Assembly (NCBI RefSeq): GCF_009914755.1
Contig: NC_060927.1
DNA from: the human T2T-CHM13v2.0 reference genome, Homo sapiens
Strand: one strand, 5' to 3'
DNA length: 64,000 nucleotides
A program made the position numbers and the translations under genes. Shown in pieces: positions 13,234-29,965 of this stretch (position 1 is the first letter of the stretch; every line of letters begins with the position of its first letter). The notes beneath the pieces are model-generated. The model searched no databases and had not been told where the DNA came from. It was given only the letters and a program-made list of their open reading frames with translations.

Positions 13234-13460
13234 AGCCTGGGCAATACACTGAGACCTCTTCTCTAGAAAAAATAAACAAAAATCAGCTGTGTGTCGTGGC
13301 ATGCACCTGTGATACTAGCTACTTGGGAAACTGAAGTGGGAGGATCACTTGAACCCAGGGCGTTGAGGCTGCAGTAAGCTCTAACTGTGCCACCATACTC
13401 CAGCCTGGGCAACAGGGCAAGACTCAGTCCAATAATAATAATAATAATTAAAATAAATAA
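13234..13460 (+). mobile_element. 5'-truncated AluJ
   Basis: ggaggatcacttgaacccagg...gaggctgcagtaagct (AluJ-type right arm), (AAT)n tail, degenerate TSD aagttacaaaaatt/aaattacagaaatt. Confidence 0.85.
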
Positions 13461-14199
13461 ATTACAGAAATTGATCAACATTTTAAAGGTAATTTTTATT
13501 TTCTGTGCTGAAGTATTGGCTGAAAATTTACAAATAAATATGACATATTGATAGTTATTAACTATTAAAATAATTAATACTATATTATTATTATACCCAT
13601 TGAAGTAAATGCAATTAGAATTTAGGTAGATTTATTTACCATTCATATAACTTAAGCCAGGCAGACTTACAAAGAATGCAGAGAATTGTCCCTAGATGAT
13701 TGTGCAAAAGACAGCGTGAATGAGGGAAGCCCTCTCACACTCACACCATGCTCTTACTAAGAGGAAATGCATAGTTAGTCCCCAGTACTACAAGTGACAT
13801 AGGAAGTAAAGACTCTGCTTAGAGTCTCTATATAAAGACAGTTACTAATGAAAATGAGTGCTATAAAACTGCAGCAAAGGAATTTCAGAAAGCAGAATTT
13901 GTGCAGATTTTCTAAAGCTCTGTCATCAGAGCTGACATGATATTCCTTAATTTTTTAAAATAAGGGCAAAAAAAAAACCTTAAAAAATTTTCAACCTATT
14001 CTAACACTCACAGTCAAACATACATTTTTACCACAATATTTAACTTATATTTGTCCATCCCTCATTAGCCTATATTTCCATCCTTTTATTCTCTGCTGAC
14101 TTCTTCCTCACAGTGTATAAATACCGTAAAATCCTTCCCAGATAAAGAAGCCTTCCTTATTCTTTTGTCTCTACGTGCCCTTCTTAACCAAGACCTTCA

Positions 14200-14400
14200 A
14201 AAGAGTAGTCCACAATTGATAGACTCGCTTGTTCTCTTCCTATTCACTGATTACATTATTAAAATCAGGATCTCATTCCACGTACTTAGTATAGCCATTC
14301 AGACAAAAGTCACCAGTGACAACCTAACTTGTAAATCCAATGAGCTTTTCTACACGTTCATCTTATTTTACTTCTCTAGGGAACTCAACACTGTGAATGT
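14200..14400 (+). mobile_element. L2 ORF2 fragment
   Basis: aaagtcaccagtgacaacc...aaatccaatg...catcttatttta is typical of L2. Confidence 0.55.
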
Positions 14401-14907
14401 ACATATAAACACACTTATTCACATCCATGCACACATAAAATATGTGTTTTTGAAAGAATATATAACAATGAAACTTTCAAATTAAATGTAATGTTTGAGT
14501 AATGAGCATGTTTTACTTTTGTAATTTAAAAAAATTTTAAAGCACCCCAAACAGATTTTAAACCCTGGGGAAAATGTTATAACCTCATGTTCTGCTGAGA
14601 AGACTGAGCTGTTTTATTACTGTATTTAGTTTGAGCTTGACCTCCACATCTTTCACAATTAGATCAAACTTTCAAAGAAAGCTGCACCACAGTCAGTGAT
14701 GAAAAAAGAGAAAGGCACTCGATTTGATGTTATATACCCAGAAGTTCTTATTCACTCTATGGATCACTGACCAAAGGCCACAAAATTTCCAATTTGAAAC
14801 CATGAATGAGAAAAAAAGTTAGCCGCTGACTGGAGCACCTTCGTCCTGATTCACAGCAGCCCCTGCCTCTCGGGTTTGATGTGCCTCAGCAATGTTATTT
14901 TGGGTTA

Positions 14908-14935
14908 GTTACTAGGCAACTACATCTGTGAGTCA
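14908..14935. promoter_or_regulatory. candidate RFX X-box plus AP-1 site
   Basis: GTTACTAGGCAAC (14908-14920) and TGAGTCA (14929-14935) in apparently unique DNA. Motif match only. Confidence 0.4.
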
Positions 14936-15539
14936 TGGGAGAGCACTCGGCAGCACCATCATCTGTGTCATCTTTCAATAGATTTCACACAATAGCTAAA
15001 TACCAGTCACCTTTTCCTCACGAAGGCCCATGTCAGAAATCAGGACGGGAACCTGGTCTGCGTAGGATGGTTTTATACTGTAGGACTCATAATCAGCTTC
15101 CATGTAATTTCAGAAATAAACACCATTACAATTTTTTAAATAAATGGTTTACTAAAAGGGAGTCAACAAAAAGGAGTATAAAGTAAAAATAAGTATCATT
15201 CCCTTAGGTGGGATGGTCAATAAATAAGACACCTCTGGAAGATTTATTATCTCTCTCAAGTCTCCTCCAGGTTACAGCTCGAGAAATCCATTACTGTTTT
15301 CAGTGTACTAAAATAGACAGCTAGATTCTTCTCTTCTCAGTGTTCAGGACAACATACCCTATAATCTGGTGGAGACAAAAGCCTTCTCTCTATTACTTTT
15401 AAGCAGACTCAATTATTCTTTTGGCTAAAAATTTTGTTCCATCCCAAAATATAAAAGTTACTAGAGACTAGGGTGTGCACCTGGGATTAAGCAGGTGGAT
15501 AATGAAGGAAATAAATACAGGTTCTTCACAAGCAAATAT

Positions 15540-15980
15540 TCAACTACACACTGAACTCTTCCGATCAATGTCCCTCATATACCTGAATATCAACATTTCA
15601 AAGTTTACCTAACTCTGCTCCTCTTTCCAGAACACTTTTTTGTTCACTGAGGGTATCTGCCACCATCTAACCACTCAGGCTGAAAATAGTCCTGATCTCC
15701 TCCCTCTCCCTTCATCAGGGCCAGCTTCATGGGCATGTAACTTATGCACTCACACAAGACTCCATTCACTGAAGGACCTCATACTTCATTAAATACTTAA
15801 TAATAAACAATGTGTACTGTGTTTTCATTTTGCAATAGACCCCAAAATTATGTAGCCTGCTCTGCCTTACATTTTTCATGTCAAATTAGCCACTAATTCT
15901 GTCCATTCTACCTACTAAACTAACCTAAAAACCTATCGATACTGTATCTCACTTTCATGGTTTAGGCCTTCAGCCTCCTA
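15540..15980 (+). mobile_element. L2 fragment split by MER91
   Basis: caccatctaaccactcaggctgaaaa...cctgatctcctccctctcc | ...ccactaattctgtccattctacct. Confidence 0.5.
15716..15864 (+). mobile_element. MER91-like hAT-Tip100 MITE
   Basis: cagggccagcttcatgggcatg...ttttcattttgca...aaattatgtagcctgctctg, with degenerate 8-bp TSD cccttcat/ccttacat. Confidence 0.7.
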
Positions 15981-16735
15981 CTAATGAAACCTGATTTTGG
16001 AAAGGATTTTAAGGAATGTGTCTCATTGGCAGTAAACAGGGTCATGAGCAGGAGTTAGTAGAGAAGAGTGGTGAAAGAATATTCCAGGCAGCAGCAACAG
16101 CAGTGGACCATTCTGAAGTGGGAAAGAGGATGGTAGGTGGATAGAGCAAGGTGTGGAAATCCTGGATGCCCTCCCTTTATTCTTGCTCCGCTTCTCTGAG
16201 TCTGCCCCTACATGTTATCCAAGCCGAGGACTTCTGGTTATTATTTCTCACACCTGGTCCAGTGCACATTTGGATCTAACATGAGATTTTATTACTGTTG
16301 TTTTTAATCTGTTGCACTGTCTCTTAGAAACAGTTCATCATGTATCCTCAGGATCTCTCTGTCTAAACACTTTACTGTTAGGCCTACCTTATCCTCTATA
16401 GTAGAGGCAGGAGGTTGGACAGTCTCATTTCTTAGCACTTTTATACACATTCTCTGTAATATGATCCAACCACAACAACCTATGTGTCTCTGTACCTTTG
16501 ACCAGAGTGCTCTCTCGGCCTGTAACTCCTTACCTACTCAATTACCCAGAAGTAAAGCCAGCACATTTCCAGCAATCTTTTCAGATAAATTTTATCACCA
16601 TTTCTTGGAAAGGCTGAAGCTGCGGATAGTATCATCCTCTTCTTCCTCATCTTCATGTAGCTGCTTTGCTTGTTTCTACTGTAGAACCAGTCACATGTGT
16701 TGGATGTTTAAGGGAAGGAAAGAAAAGAGAGAAGG

Positions 16736-17020
16736 GGCTGGGCGTGGTGGCTCATGCCTGTAATTCCATCACTTTGGGAGGCCAAGGCGGGCAGATCATG
16801 AGATCAAGAGATAGAGACCATCCTGGCCAACATGGTGAAATCCCGTCTGTACTAAAAATACAGAAATTAGCCGGACGTGGTGGCGCACGCCTGTAGTCCC
16901 AGCTACTTGGAGGGGTTGAGGCAGGAGAATCACTTGAACCTGGGAAGTGGAGGTTTCAGTGAGCCGAGATTGTGCCACTGCACTCCAGCCTGGCGACAGA
17001 GCAAGACTATGCCTCAAAAA

Positions 17021-17067
<47 letters not shown>

Positions 17068-17070
17068 AAT
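16736..17070 (+). mobile_element. AluSc-like with (TAAA)n tail
   Basis: Full dimer. gatcaagagatagagaccatcctggccaacatgg and cctggcgacagag are AluSc-type. TSD core agagaagg on both sides. Confidence 0.95.
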
Positions 17071-18438
17071 AAGAGAAGGATGAAACAAGAGTTCTGGACT
17101 CATTAGGAAAAAGTCTATAAATTAGCAAGTGAGGGCTTTGAAACAAAAACACGAAAGTCACCGAAGACGGCTCACCTACTTCTTAATTTTCTCTACATTT
17201 TTTCCCCTCTGGAAATCACTAGGGTTTCCCTAAATGGGTTCGTGCCAGTTTGAACTGTGCCAGCTTTCTCAAGACAGCAGCCTGAATGCTTTCCTTTCAG
17301 CCCTATGAGAGGTAATAAACCAGAAGTCAGTGAGCTCAGCTACCCTAGCCTCCTGTATTCCTATATGCTCTCTGCATGCATAAAGGAAGTCTCAGTATTA
17401 TCCCTTCCTTTCCCACTGGAAGCAGTGCATTTGGCATTTATGCTGGTTCACTGATTCTAAAGGGTCAGGATGAGGAAGCCACGACTTCCTCCAATTACCC
17501 AGAACAGCTGAACTCAGCAGACACTGGAAGACTCCCTCCACAAACTCTTTTCCAAGCAGCTGCTGTAATCTAGCCATCTATTTATGTACAAAAGACTAAG
17601 TTATTTTCAGAAAAACAAAAACAATACAGGTTACACATGAAAGATCTCTCTATTCCTTACCCCTTCCAAGTAAACTAATTCCAACTAGATAAGCTGCTCT
17701 GGAATTAGGAATTCAGATGTACGATCAAATAACATCAAAATAACGTGTTATAAATTTACTCACTAAGCCAATACATGAATACTTTTATTTCTAATCATAT
17801 TGAAATGCAAAAGAAAAATAATTTCACATTATTTTTGCATTTATTTCATAATTTAATATATATGAGAATGTTCATAAAATTCCAAAAAATAATATTGGGA
17901 AGAAAAGACAGGGTAATTACTTCTCCCTATTTAATTTTTACTCTGAATTTATAAATATAAAATATTAATACATCTGGCATGTTAACATTCAATGTCAGTA
18001 ACAACATTACCAGACTTCTGTTATGTTGGTGTTCTTTTAATTTCTAATTCACTTTCAAATTATTTTTATTTTATTATCTCTACTCAGTTTAAATTTTTGA
18101 TTTTCATTTCCTGTTTTCAATTTGTTTCTTCTTCCAGACTTTATTATTATAAAATTTATAAACCATGGCATTCTGTGGCTGATAAGTAAGTACAGCCAGC
18201 AGCCAGTTTTATTTTTCAGAAATGAAGAAATACACTTATTACAAAAAAAAGACCTTAATCATACTTTCCTTTATTTTTATGGTCATACCACTTTTGACAA
18301 TGCAAAGGGTGTTAAAATGCAACTGCAGTATGATATACCATTAATGATTTAATATTATAAATGTATTCCAAAGAAACAGAAATACCTTCATCAAGCGCAA
18401 CTGCTTTTGAAATTTCCTTGACATTTAACATGTGCTAG

Positions 18439-20605
18439 TGTTAGGAGATCTTTGGGGTGTCACCTTTCAGGCCGCAAACCTGTGGCCGGTGGCGCCTTTC
18501 CTCGAGTTTTGCTCCAAACCACTGGGCTCATTCTGCCCACTGGGCCTAGAGGCTGTGCTCAACTCACCTTACCTGCCTGGATCCCACGCCTCCAAGGGAG
18601 ATTGCAAGTCAGGCTTTGAGCGGCAAAGGGTTGTGAGCCAGCATGGGGTCAGGTCACTGCAGTCAGACAAGCCGGCTGCTGCTATGGGGCAGGCAGCTCC
18701 AGGTGCTAGCATGGGCACTGGCTCTCTGAAAGGCTGCAGCTGGACCAGGCCCACCACAAGCAGCTTCCCTGGCTGGCACCGGGGAATGCAGTGACACCTG
18801 GTAACTTGGAGATGTCAGGAACTGCAGGGTCCCAAAGAGGGAGTCACATCCCTGGCTGGGGGAGCTCCCAGGTCTAGGCTTCCTGAAGGGCCACAGTTCT
18901 TTTCTCCTTCTCTTCACCTGCAATGTGATGAGCAAGGGGCATGTTTCAGCCCTGTTTGTGTTTCAGCTGTCTTAGCCTGGCGGCAGGGCCCACGTTCTTG
19001 TCCTGCGACCAGGAAGAATGAGGTACACAGACAAGTGGAAGGTGAGCAAGATGAAGCGGAGCTTTATTGAGTGATAGAAGAGCTCAGAGGAAACCTGCAG
19101 GGGGTAGCTCCTTTCTGCAGCCAGGGTGAGCTGATGAGCATTCAGCTCCTAGCAGAGAGGGTAAGTCCTCTCTGCTAGACAAATCGTCCTGACAAGTGTT
19201 CAGCTATCAGCAGAGAGAGTGGCTCCTCTCTGCAGCTTGTCCTCCCCACATCTTCAACTATCAGTGGAGAGGGCAGTTCCTCTCTATAGCTGGTCATTGG
19301 TTGTCTGTTCTGCTCTAGCTGAGCTAGGGACTTTTATGGGTCTCAAAAAGGAGGAAGTGCTTGTCGATTGGTCCATGGGCAGCCATGGGCGGTGGAAAAG
19401 GCACCAGGTTTCCACTTGGTCTGTAGGACTGTCAGCACAGACCCCTGCCTTCAGGCCCTCCCTGGTCTGAAGATGAGGACTCACTGGGGACTGTCCCCTT
19501 CCACCCAAGAGCCTGTCTGTCTCCTGCCATCGCCCATGGCGCCCAGGCTGCTTGCACCAATGGGCACCTGCAAGTCAGCACCCCCATTGTCTTCCCCGCC
19601 ATCCTTATTGGAGCCCAGAGTCTGGAGGGGGGCTGAGGTGGCAGAAGGCTAGTGTGTCAGCACTGCCCGGAGTTTGCACACACCCCGCCGGGCTGTGTCA
19701 GCCCCGATCTCAGCCCTAACCCTGTTTGGAGATCGGAGTGGGCATCGGGAGCAGGGAGAGGCCAGATGGTGGGAGCAGACATCCTTGATCCTGCAGGGGA
19801 AGAGGGAACTTTCCCAGGCTCCCAAGAGTGCAGAGTGCAGAGACCCCTGGGAGTCCCAGCCATGCTTCCTTGCAGCAGCAAGAGCAACGACGCTGCAAGC
19901 TCCCTCCATGGCCTCCGTGCTCAGGGGCAGCCCCCAGGGCTCCCCTTTGCCCAGCTCGTGGACCTGTCAGTAGCGGGGGCGCCTCTGGGAGTGAATCGTG
20001 AACCCTGGCCTGGCTGTCAGGAGTGTCAGACTCAACGATCAGCCTGATGCTGTGCGGACCCCAGGGACGGGGTCCCAGGCGCCCTGCGCAAAGCCTCCTC
20101 CAAAGGCAAAGGAACTCAGTGCCCTTGGTGGGGTGAGCGCGGTGGCCGCGCCACTGGCCAGGTCCCTGGAGCCGGCACCACTCCCACTTCCCGCCCCGGG
20201 CCCTCAAAGCATAGACCCAGCTCTGCGCCCTGGGCCTCTCTTTGTCCGACCACACTCCCCGGCTGGCGGGCAGCTCTGCCCGGCCCCATGGCAGCGGCTC
20301 CCAGGGCTCCCGCTTGTCCCTGGATCCCGCCAGCTCCATGGAGTGCAGCACTGCCCCTGGCCCAGCTGTGCCTCCTCCCTGAACCCTCCCTGTTGCGGTG
20401 GTGGGTGATAGTAGTGATGTGGATTCAGGGTCCGGAGCAATGAAGGCTCCCGGCCTGGGAGCAGGCTCCAGCCTGCTGCGGAAGGATGGACAGCTGCACA
20501 GTTGGCCACCTCAGGGACGTGGCACACAGGGGACCCACCGCTGCCACTGCCACTCCCACAACCCCTCCTGCCACCACCGCCCGTGCCTCCCAGCCACTGC
20601 CATCA
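18439..20605 (-). mobile_element. ERV1 solo LTR, MER52 family (MER52D-like)
   Basis: Sharp GC-rich 2167-bp block with TG...CA ends and perfect 4-bp TSD CTAG (18435-18438, 20606-20609). The minus strand starts tgatggcagtggc and has AATAAA at 19063-19068. Confidence 0.88.
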
Positions 20606-21353
20606 CTAGTAACTTCTGTGAAGACAATGTGCACACTAGTTTTAATGGCATCATTGATTCAGGATGATTGAAATAAGCCCCACACCATGCTCAGCATCTA
20701 ATAGTGTATGCCTTGTACTAACTCCTGTCCTTACGCATGTGGGGCAGCATAATGTCTATATTATCTAAATTCTCCTAAAATTAATAACTCAGTTAATGAT
20801 AGCTTAAATTATTTATAGAAAACTAACTCTCATATAGATAATTTGCAAAGTTAGATTTAAAGAACTGAGATGTAAAATTTTATCTTTTTTTCTACTTTGT
20901 ACTTTCATGAAGAAAAATGACTTCAGTATCACTGCACTAATTTCCTTATTGCTAGTGTTCTTTAAAGCTCATCCACAGTGCCCCAAACTCCAAAGCGTAC
21001 TCATTTTCCCCCCCTTTTTTTTTACAAACAGTATGCTTTACTTAATTCTAAAGTATAAAGAAATAAAGTGATGGTAGTACTAAAAAATATGGCAATAATA
21101 ATGTTAATAAGATAGCAGTTAACATTTATATAGAATTAAGTATGTGCCAGACATTGATCTAATCCTTTTACAGGTATTAACACATTCACTTGGCACCATA
21201 GATAACTTATAGAGTTTCCTGGTCAAATTTCACTCTTTGAGAAACAATTAAAAACTCACTACAGAAGGTCTGCTATTTCTTCCACAGTCTCACCACAAAA
21301 ATCAATGCATGCAATCAAGATTTCAAATGGTTTTGCAGTTTTACAAGTATTGC

Positions 21354-22248
21354 TTATCACCTTGCACCTGTTAGAATGCCCATTCTCAACAACAAGCCAA
21401 AAGATAACAAGTATTGACGAGGATGAGGAAAAAAGGAAACCCTTGCACACTATTAATGGGAATATAAATTAGTACAACCATTATGGAAAGAAGTATGGAG
21501 GTTTTCAAAAAATTTAAAGTAGAACTAACATATGACCCAGCAATCCAACTACTGGTTATGCATCCAAAGAAATGAAATCAGTATACAGAGAGATACCAGC
21601 ACTCCCATGGTCATTGTCACATTATTCATAGTAGACAAATACGAAAATGACTCATAGTTATTGCCACATTATTCACAATAGACAAATATGAAAGCAACCT
21701 AAGTGTCTACCAACAGATGAATGAATAGCAGTGCATATACACACAATGGAATACTATTCCATCACAATAAGAGAAGAAAATCCTCTTATTTATGACAGCA
21801 TGAATGAACCTGGAGGATATCATGTTAAGTGAAATAAGCCAGGCACAGGAAGACAAATACCACACGATTTCGCTTATATGTGGAATCTAAAAAAGTTGAT
21901 CTTTTAGAAGTAGAGAAGAGAATGGCAATTATCAGGGGCTGGAAATTGTTGGGAGGGTGGGGATGTTGGGAAGATATTGGTCAAAGAATATAAAATTTCA
22001 GTTAGATAGAAGGAATGAGTTCAATATATCTTTTATACAACGTAGTGACTATAGTTAATAATATATTGTATTCTTGAAAAATGCTAAGAGAATGGATATA
22101 AAGTATTCTCACCACAGAAATGATAAATATGTGAGGTAATACATATGTTAATTAGCTAGATCTTATCATTGCAAAATGTATATATACTGTAAGACATCAT
22201 ACTGTACATGGTAAATACATATAATTTTATCTGTCAATTTTTTTTAAA
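21354..22248 (+). mobile_element. L1MA-type 3' end
   Basis: ORF2 C-terminal remnant plus L1MA 3' UTR (tggtcaaagaatataaaatttcagttagatag...ttctcaccac...gtgaggtaat). Internal duplication of about 49 bp at 21602-21695. Confidence 0.9.
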
Positions 22249-23354
22249 TGAAAGGTATCTCTCTGTGGCCAAAATAGAGCTATTTCTCAGTAGACATGGC
22301 TAACTCTACTCAATATTACCCTCATCCGCACTATGCACCACACCCCATGTAGACACGGTTCTCCTGAGAACATTTACTTTCACTAGGACAGTTACCTCTC
22401 AGATACCTCTGCCCCTGTGTTGGAACTGAGGGCTCCCTTAGAACATTAGCAGTGGGATGTTACATGAGACTACATGAACTGCCAGAATTCATATGATGAA
22501 TTTGTGTCTAATTATATCTACACATATATTATTCTGGACATAGGGTTTATTTTATGAAAGGTTAAGAAATATTACACAGTATAGTGGCAAAATGGGTAAA
22601 ATTTTCTTCTCCTGCCTTCATTATACTCCCTTAGCAGAAACCCAAAGTACTGTAGCTTGTACCCCAATATTTTACAGGGTATTGATACAAAAAAGTCTTT
22701 TTTGGTTTCTACGTATATTTTCCCTCCTTCCTGCAAATCATAAATATTAGCTTAGGTAGCACTTAGATGACAGTCAAATTTGAGAAACAAAAGCTTTGCT
22801 CTTCTCCTAGAAGCTCCTCCTTCTGAAGCTGAAAGTTTCTTTATTTGGCCAGATTTGTAGATTTATTACCTCTCCCCTTAGGGTTAATTATTTCTCAGGA
22901 AGTTTCCAGGTCCTTTGGAAAACATCATCCCAGAGGAACTAACTCTTCAATTCATAGTATATGATCACACATCTTCAGCCAAGAGGTAGCTGTGAATTAG
23001 GTCTCAGTTAATTTCATTGTATCCAAATATTTATGACTCATTATTATAAGAATGGTTTTCTCAAAGCCAGTTAGAATCTATGACTACAAAGTAAGGGTTA
23101 TTTAATTTGACATTTAACCACTCTCCCTGGCATAAACTATGGTGCTCACCAAACATGCCTTCTGCTCCCCATTATTTCCTTGTTCTCTTGCATTTAAGCT
23201 CAGCCTTTCAATTACTTCTGGACAATGCCTATGAGTAGAAGCAAAGGCATAGAGGAGTTATGCACAACCTTCTAGATTCTCTTTACCTGCCATTAATTGA
23301 AGTACCATGGTACAGGTAAAAGATAGAGAATTTGCATCAGAATAGAAACCTGAT

Positions 23355-23503
23355 TTGTAGCATTTGCTGATTTCCATGATGTAAATAATCCCAACATGTC
23401 CGATGTCAAGCTATTCATGTGAAATTACAAAATGGAGAGGTGGGATGATCCACAAAGAATTGGTTCTCGTCAACCACTATACACCATCTCTAGCACACCA
23501 CTG
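23355..23503. mobile_element. MER63-like hAT-Blackjack fragment
   Basis: gcatttgctgatttccatgatgtaaata...tctagcacaccactg terminus. Confidence 0.55.
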
Positions 23504-23764
23504 TAAGCTCCAAAAGAAGAGGACATACCTATAATTTACAGATAGAGGCAGAAAATATTGCCTTGTGTAATTGAAGTACATAATATTCAATGTATGCTTG
23601 GTTGAGCTTGGACATCTACATATGTAACACTATCAAAGGAATTAAGATTGTATGAAAATGTGTTACATTTAGATAGGGAATCTATCAAGGAGGAGTTTTA
23701 TAAATTCATTTAAGGATGACAGGTAATCCCACATCCTGCCAAGGTAATCAGTATAAACTCAGAT

Positions 23765-23965
23765 TCAACCAACATTTTACTGAATGAACATTATGCTCCA
23801 AGAAGAATGTTAGTTATTTTTGCATATGTTGCCCCATTTCACCGCAAACTCCTTTATCTTAGTTCTATTTTGCAGATGAGAAAAATGAAGCATATGCAAC
23901 TAGCAAGAAATGAAAGTTTGAATCCAAGCACTCTGACTTCAAGCTCAACGTGATGATTCTTGATC
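23765..23965 (-). mobile_element. MIR
   Basis: ctattttgcagatgagaaaaatgaag...tttgaatccaagcactctgacttcaa. Confidence 0.65.
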
Positions 23966-25899
23966 ATATGGCATAGTCTCCAAAATAAATAAATAAAAGT
24001 AACTAGAAGAAATAAAGCTTCATTCTGCTCAAGAATCTCATAACTTCCAAAGATAAACATGGCCAAAGAGGCGAGAGGTCACAAAAAGGTAATTAAATAT
24101 TTGAGGTATTTTATTTCTTTCTCTAAATTCAGTGAAGTCAGTAAATATTTCAGAAGCTACTACATGCTGCATGAGGAAATTGACTCTCAATAAACAATAA
24201 TCATTTTTAATTATAGATATCTCTAGCTTGAAGAATGATTTTTCCAGTCATTGCAGTTTAATAGAAACATCTCTTTTAAAAATACAAATTTGTTCCATGT
24301 TCATTCTAAACTCATGGGATGCTAATCATACTGCCCAACAGAAAGGAGATTTCCTTAGCAAATACCAAATATAGGTAATATTGCAAGATATATGTCCCAT
24401 TACAATCTAATAATCTGCCAGTCTATTTATACAACATCTTATCTCTTTAAGATGTTTCTGTTGTATACATAATCCAAAAAGTGATAATATCTAGAATACT
24501 TTAACAAAATAGATTTTCTGATGTTGGAAAATTTGGAAGCCAGTTCCTAGAATTACTCTGGCCCACCAAAGGTCTCTTTTTTCCTATACATCCCATTAGC
24601 AGTAACTAAAGTTTAACAATAGTTAACTATAAAGACATGCTAAAAGTTAATTTAAATTTAATTAAGTTAATTTATTTTTAAGTTAAACATAGCCAATTCA
24701 CAGAATTAAATTGACAACTGAATTAAATTTTCTGGAAGAATAGCTGATTTTATTCACCCCTGGCATGAGAGACATTTTCACAATGTCTACCAAGAGCATC
24801 ATTTTACAATTTGCAGAAGTGCCCTGAATTAGTTTCATTTTCAAATGCAAACAGATGAAGTTTTCCTATTCCTCAAACTCTTTTTAGCTTCAGCACGCCA
24901 AATAGAAAATTAGTCTCACCTATAGGCAAGAAGACAGAATGAACAGTGGAAAGTTCATTAAATTGTTCTTTTTTAAAGTTCTTCAAGGTAAAGATTATAT
25001 AAGCCTGCCTGAAAGTAGGAAGACTTGATATTAAGTTGAAACTGAATTTAACAAAAGAGTGTAAAAATCCCTTTGCCATCTATTCAGAGTTTATATCAGA
25101 TGTTGCTTTTGAATTCTCTCTTCCAAAATTTTTTCAGGCTTTAAGGACTCCAACCTACAATCCCTTTCAAAAGATTACTGTCGTAACCAAATACTTTATT
25201 TTTGAATGGTCACTTACTCTCTGTCTATATGCTTCCATTAGGGACTTCCCTGGGTTGAAAAACAACTCACCTAGAACAAAACTGATATTCAACCTCTTAG
25301 ATCCCTGATCAAATACATCTTAACATCTCTCTATCTTGAGCAGAAGGTTTTACTCTTTAAATAACTTAATAATAGCAAATGCCATCAGAGCAACAATTCT
25401 GCTATTGTCAGGCTACCCTAAGAGGGTATATATGAATGAGAACATAAACTAATTTCCAAACAGAGTTGAAGGCTTGAGATTATTAAAAATACGAGGATTA
25501 ACAATCAGGAGGTTTTTTTTATTTTTAGTCTCGATATTGGCATCATTTATTCCTTGCACTTATCTAATGTATTCATCTCTCTAAGACTCAGTTCCCTGAT
25601 ATATAAAATAAGAAGGTTGAATTGAAATTTCTTTCATACCTGAAATGCTAGCAGTTAAAAAAATGATAAAGGGGAAACAAATGAACTATCTAGGAGTGAA
25701 TTAGACCAAAGAATTCTAATCCATTTGTTAACTGAGAAAGAACACCAGCTACCAACCTACTCCTCAACCATGCACCCTTCATGAATATATTTCATTCACT
25801 CTCACCAAACCCACAGTAACCCTCACATTCAGTAGAAAGGACCAATACGTGGACAAATCACCATACTGTAGAGGGAAATCTCATGTACTAACCAAACTA

Positions 25900-29150
<3,251 letters not shown>

Positions 29151-29189
29151 ATATCCAGGATAGGATAAGTCTAACATGATTTTGATAAT

Positions 29190-29420
29190 ATTAATAGCTT
29201 CTATTAGTGAATTACTTAGAGTTTATAAAAATACTTTCAATGAATTATTTTATTCATGCCTAACAATTTTTAAGAAAGTTTTTATTATGTACAATTGAAG
29301 AAGAAATGATTGATTAGAGGGAAAAAAATGGACTTGCCCAAAGTCACACAGCTATTAAGTAACATGCTGAAGCACAAACCCAGGTCTCTCCTACAGTCAA
29401 CATTTTTTCTCCATTTTAAT
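29190..29420 (-). mobile_element. MIR
   Basis: gacttgcccaaagtcacacagctattaagt...aaacccaggtct. Confidence 0.7.
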
Positions 29421-29504
29421 TTGAATCAGGCTAACCATCATTTGAATGAATTGTTTTATTTTAGTTGTTTTGTTTGTTTTCAAATTTGCAACATAATTTA
29501 TTGT

Positions 29505-29965
29505 AACTCTTTCTTATTTGTGTTCCCTCAGAATCAAATTCCGGGGCAATGACTCAAGTACAAGTAGTTTATTAGAAAGGAGATTCCAGAAAGCAGCAGT
29601 GCTGGTAGGGAACTGAGACAGAGAAGGAAAACAAGAAAATAAATGACGTGTTATCAAGCAAGTTATTACTGTGGAAAACTAGAGAGGATTTTTTGAGAGG
29701 CTTAGGAAAGAATGTGAAATACCCACTTAAGACTTTCTCCACCTCACGGGCAAAGGAGCTTGGGTATTTATATACTAACTTTCTTCATTCTTTGGTTTGA
29801 TACCGCTAGTGAGGGAGGTTAGGTTGGAGACAAAACTTGGCCATTTTCTTTAGACCCTTCTTGCAGAACAGGTTTCAGTGACTTCAGGTGGAATTTGGGG
29901 TTGCATGCATAGACATGGTAGTGACAAGGGCATATTGGTGGGACATTGACAGGAATGGCTACAAA
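29505..29965 (-). mobile_element. ERVL LTR (LTR16C-like)
   Basis: gttccctcagaa...caagtagtttatt...gagacagagaagg...gtgttatcaagcaagtta...gggtatttatatac. Confidence 0.6.

Noticed and set aside
16796-17161. Alu-derived ORFs (also 13263, 40462, 45554, 53794)
   Set aside because: These are the usual antisense Alu translations, with no evidence of exonisation.
18432-20671. Cluster of overlapping ORFs up to 211 aa on both strands
   Set aside because: They coincide with the GC-rich MER52 LTR, where stop codons are rare. They are low-complexity Pro/Gly/Ala/Arg with no recognisable domain.
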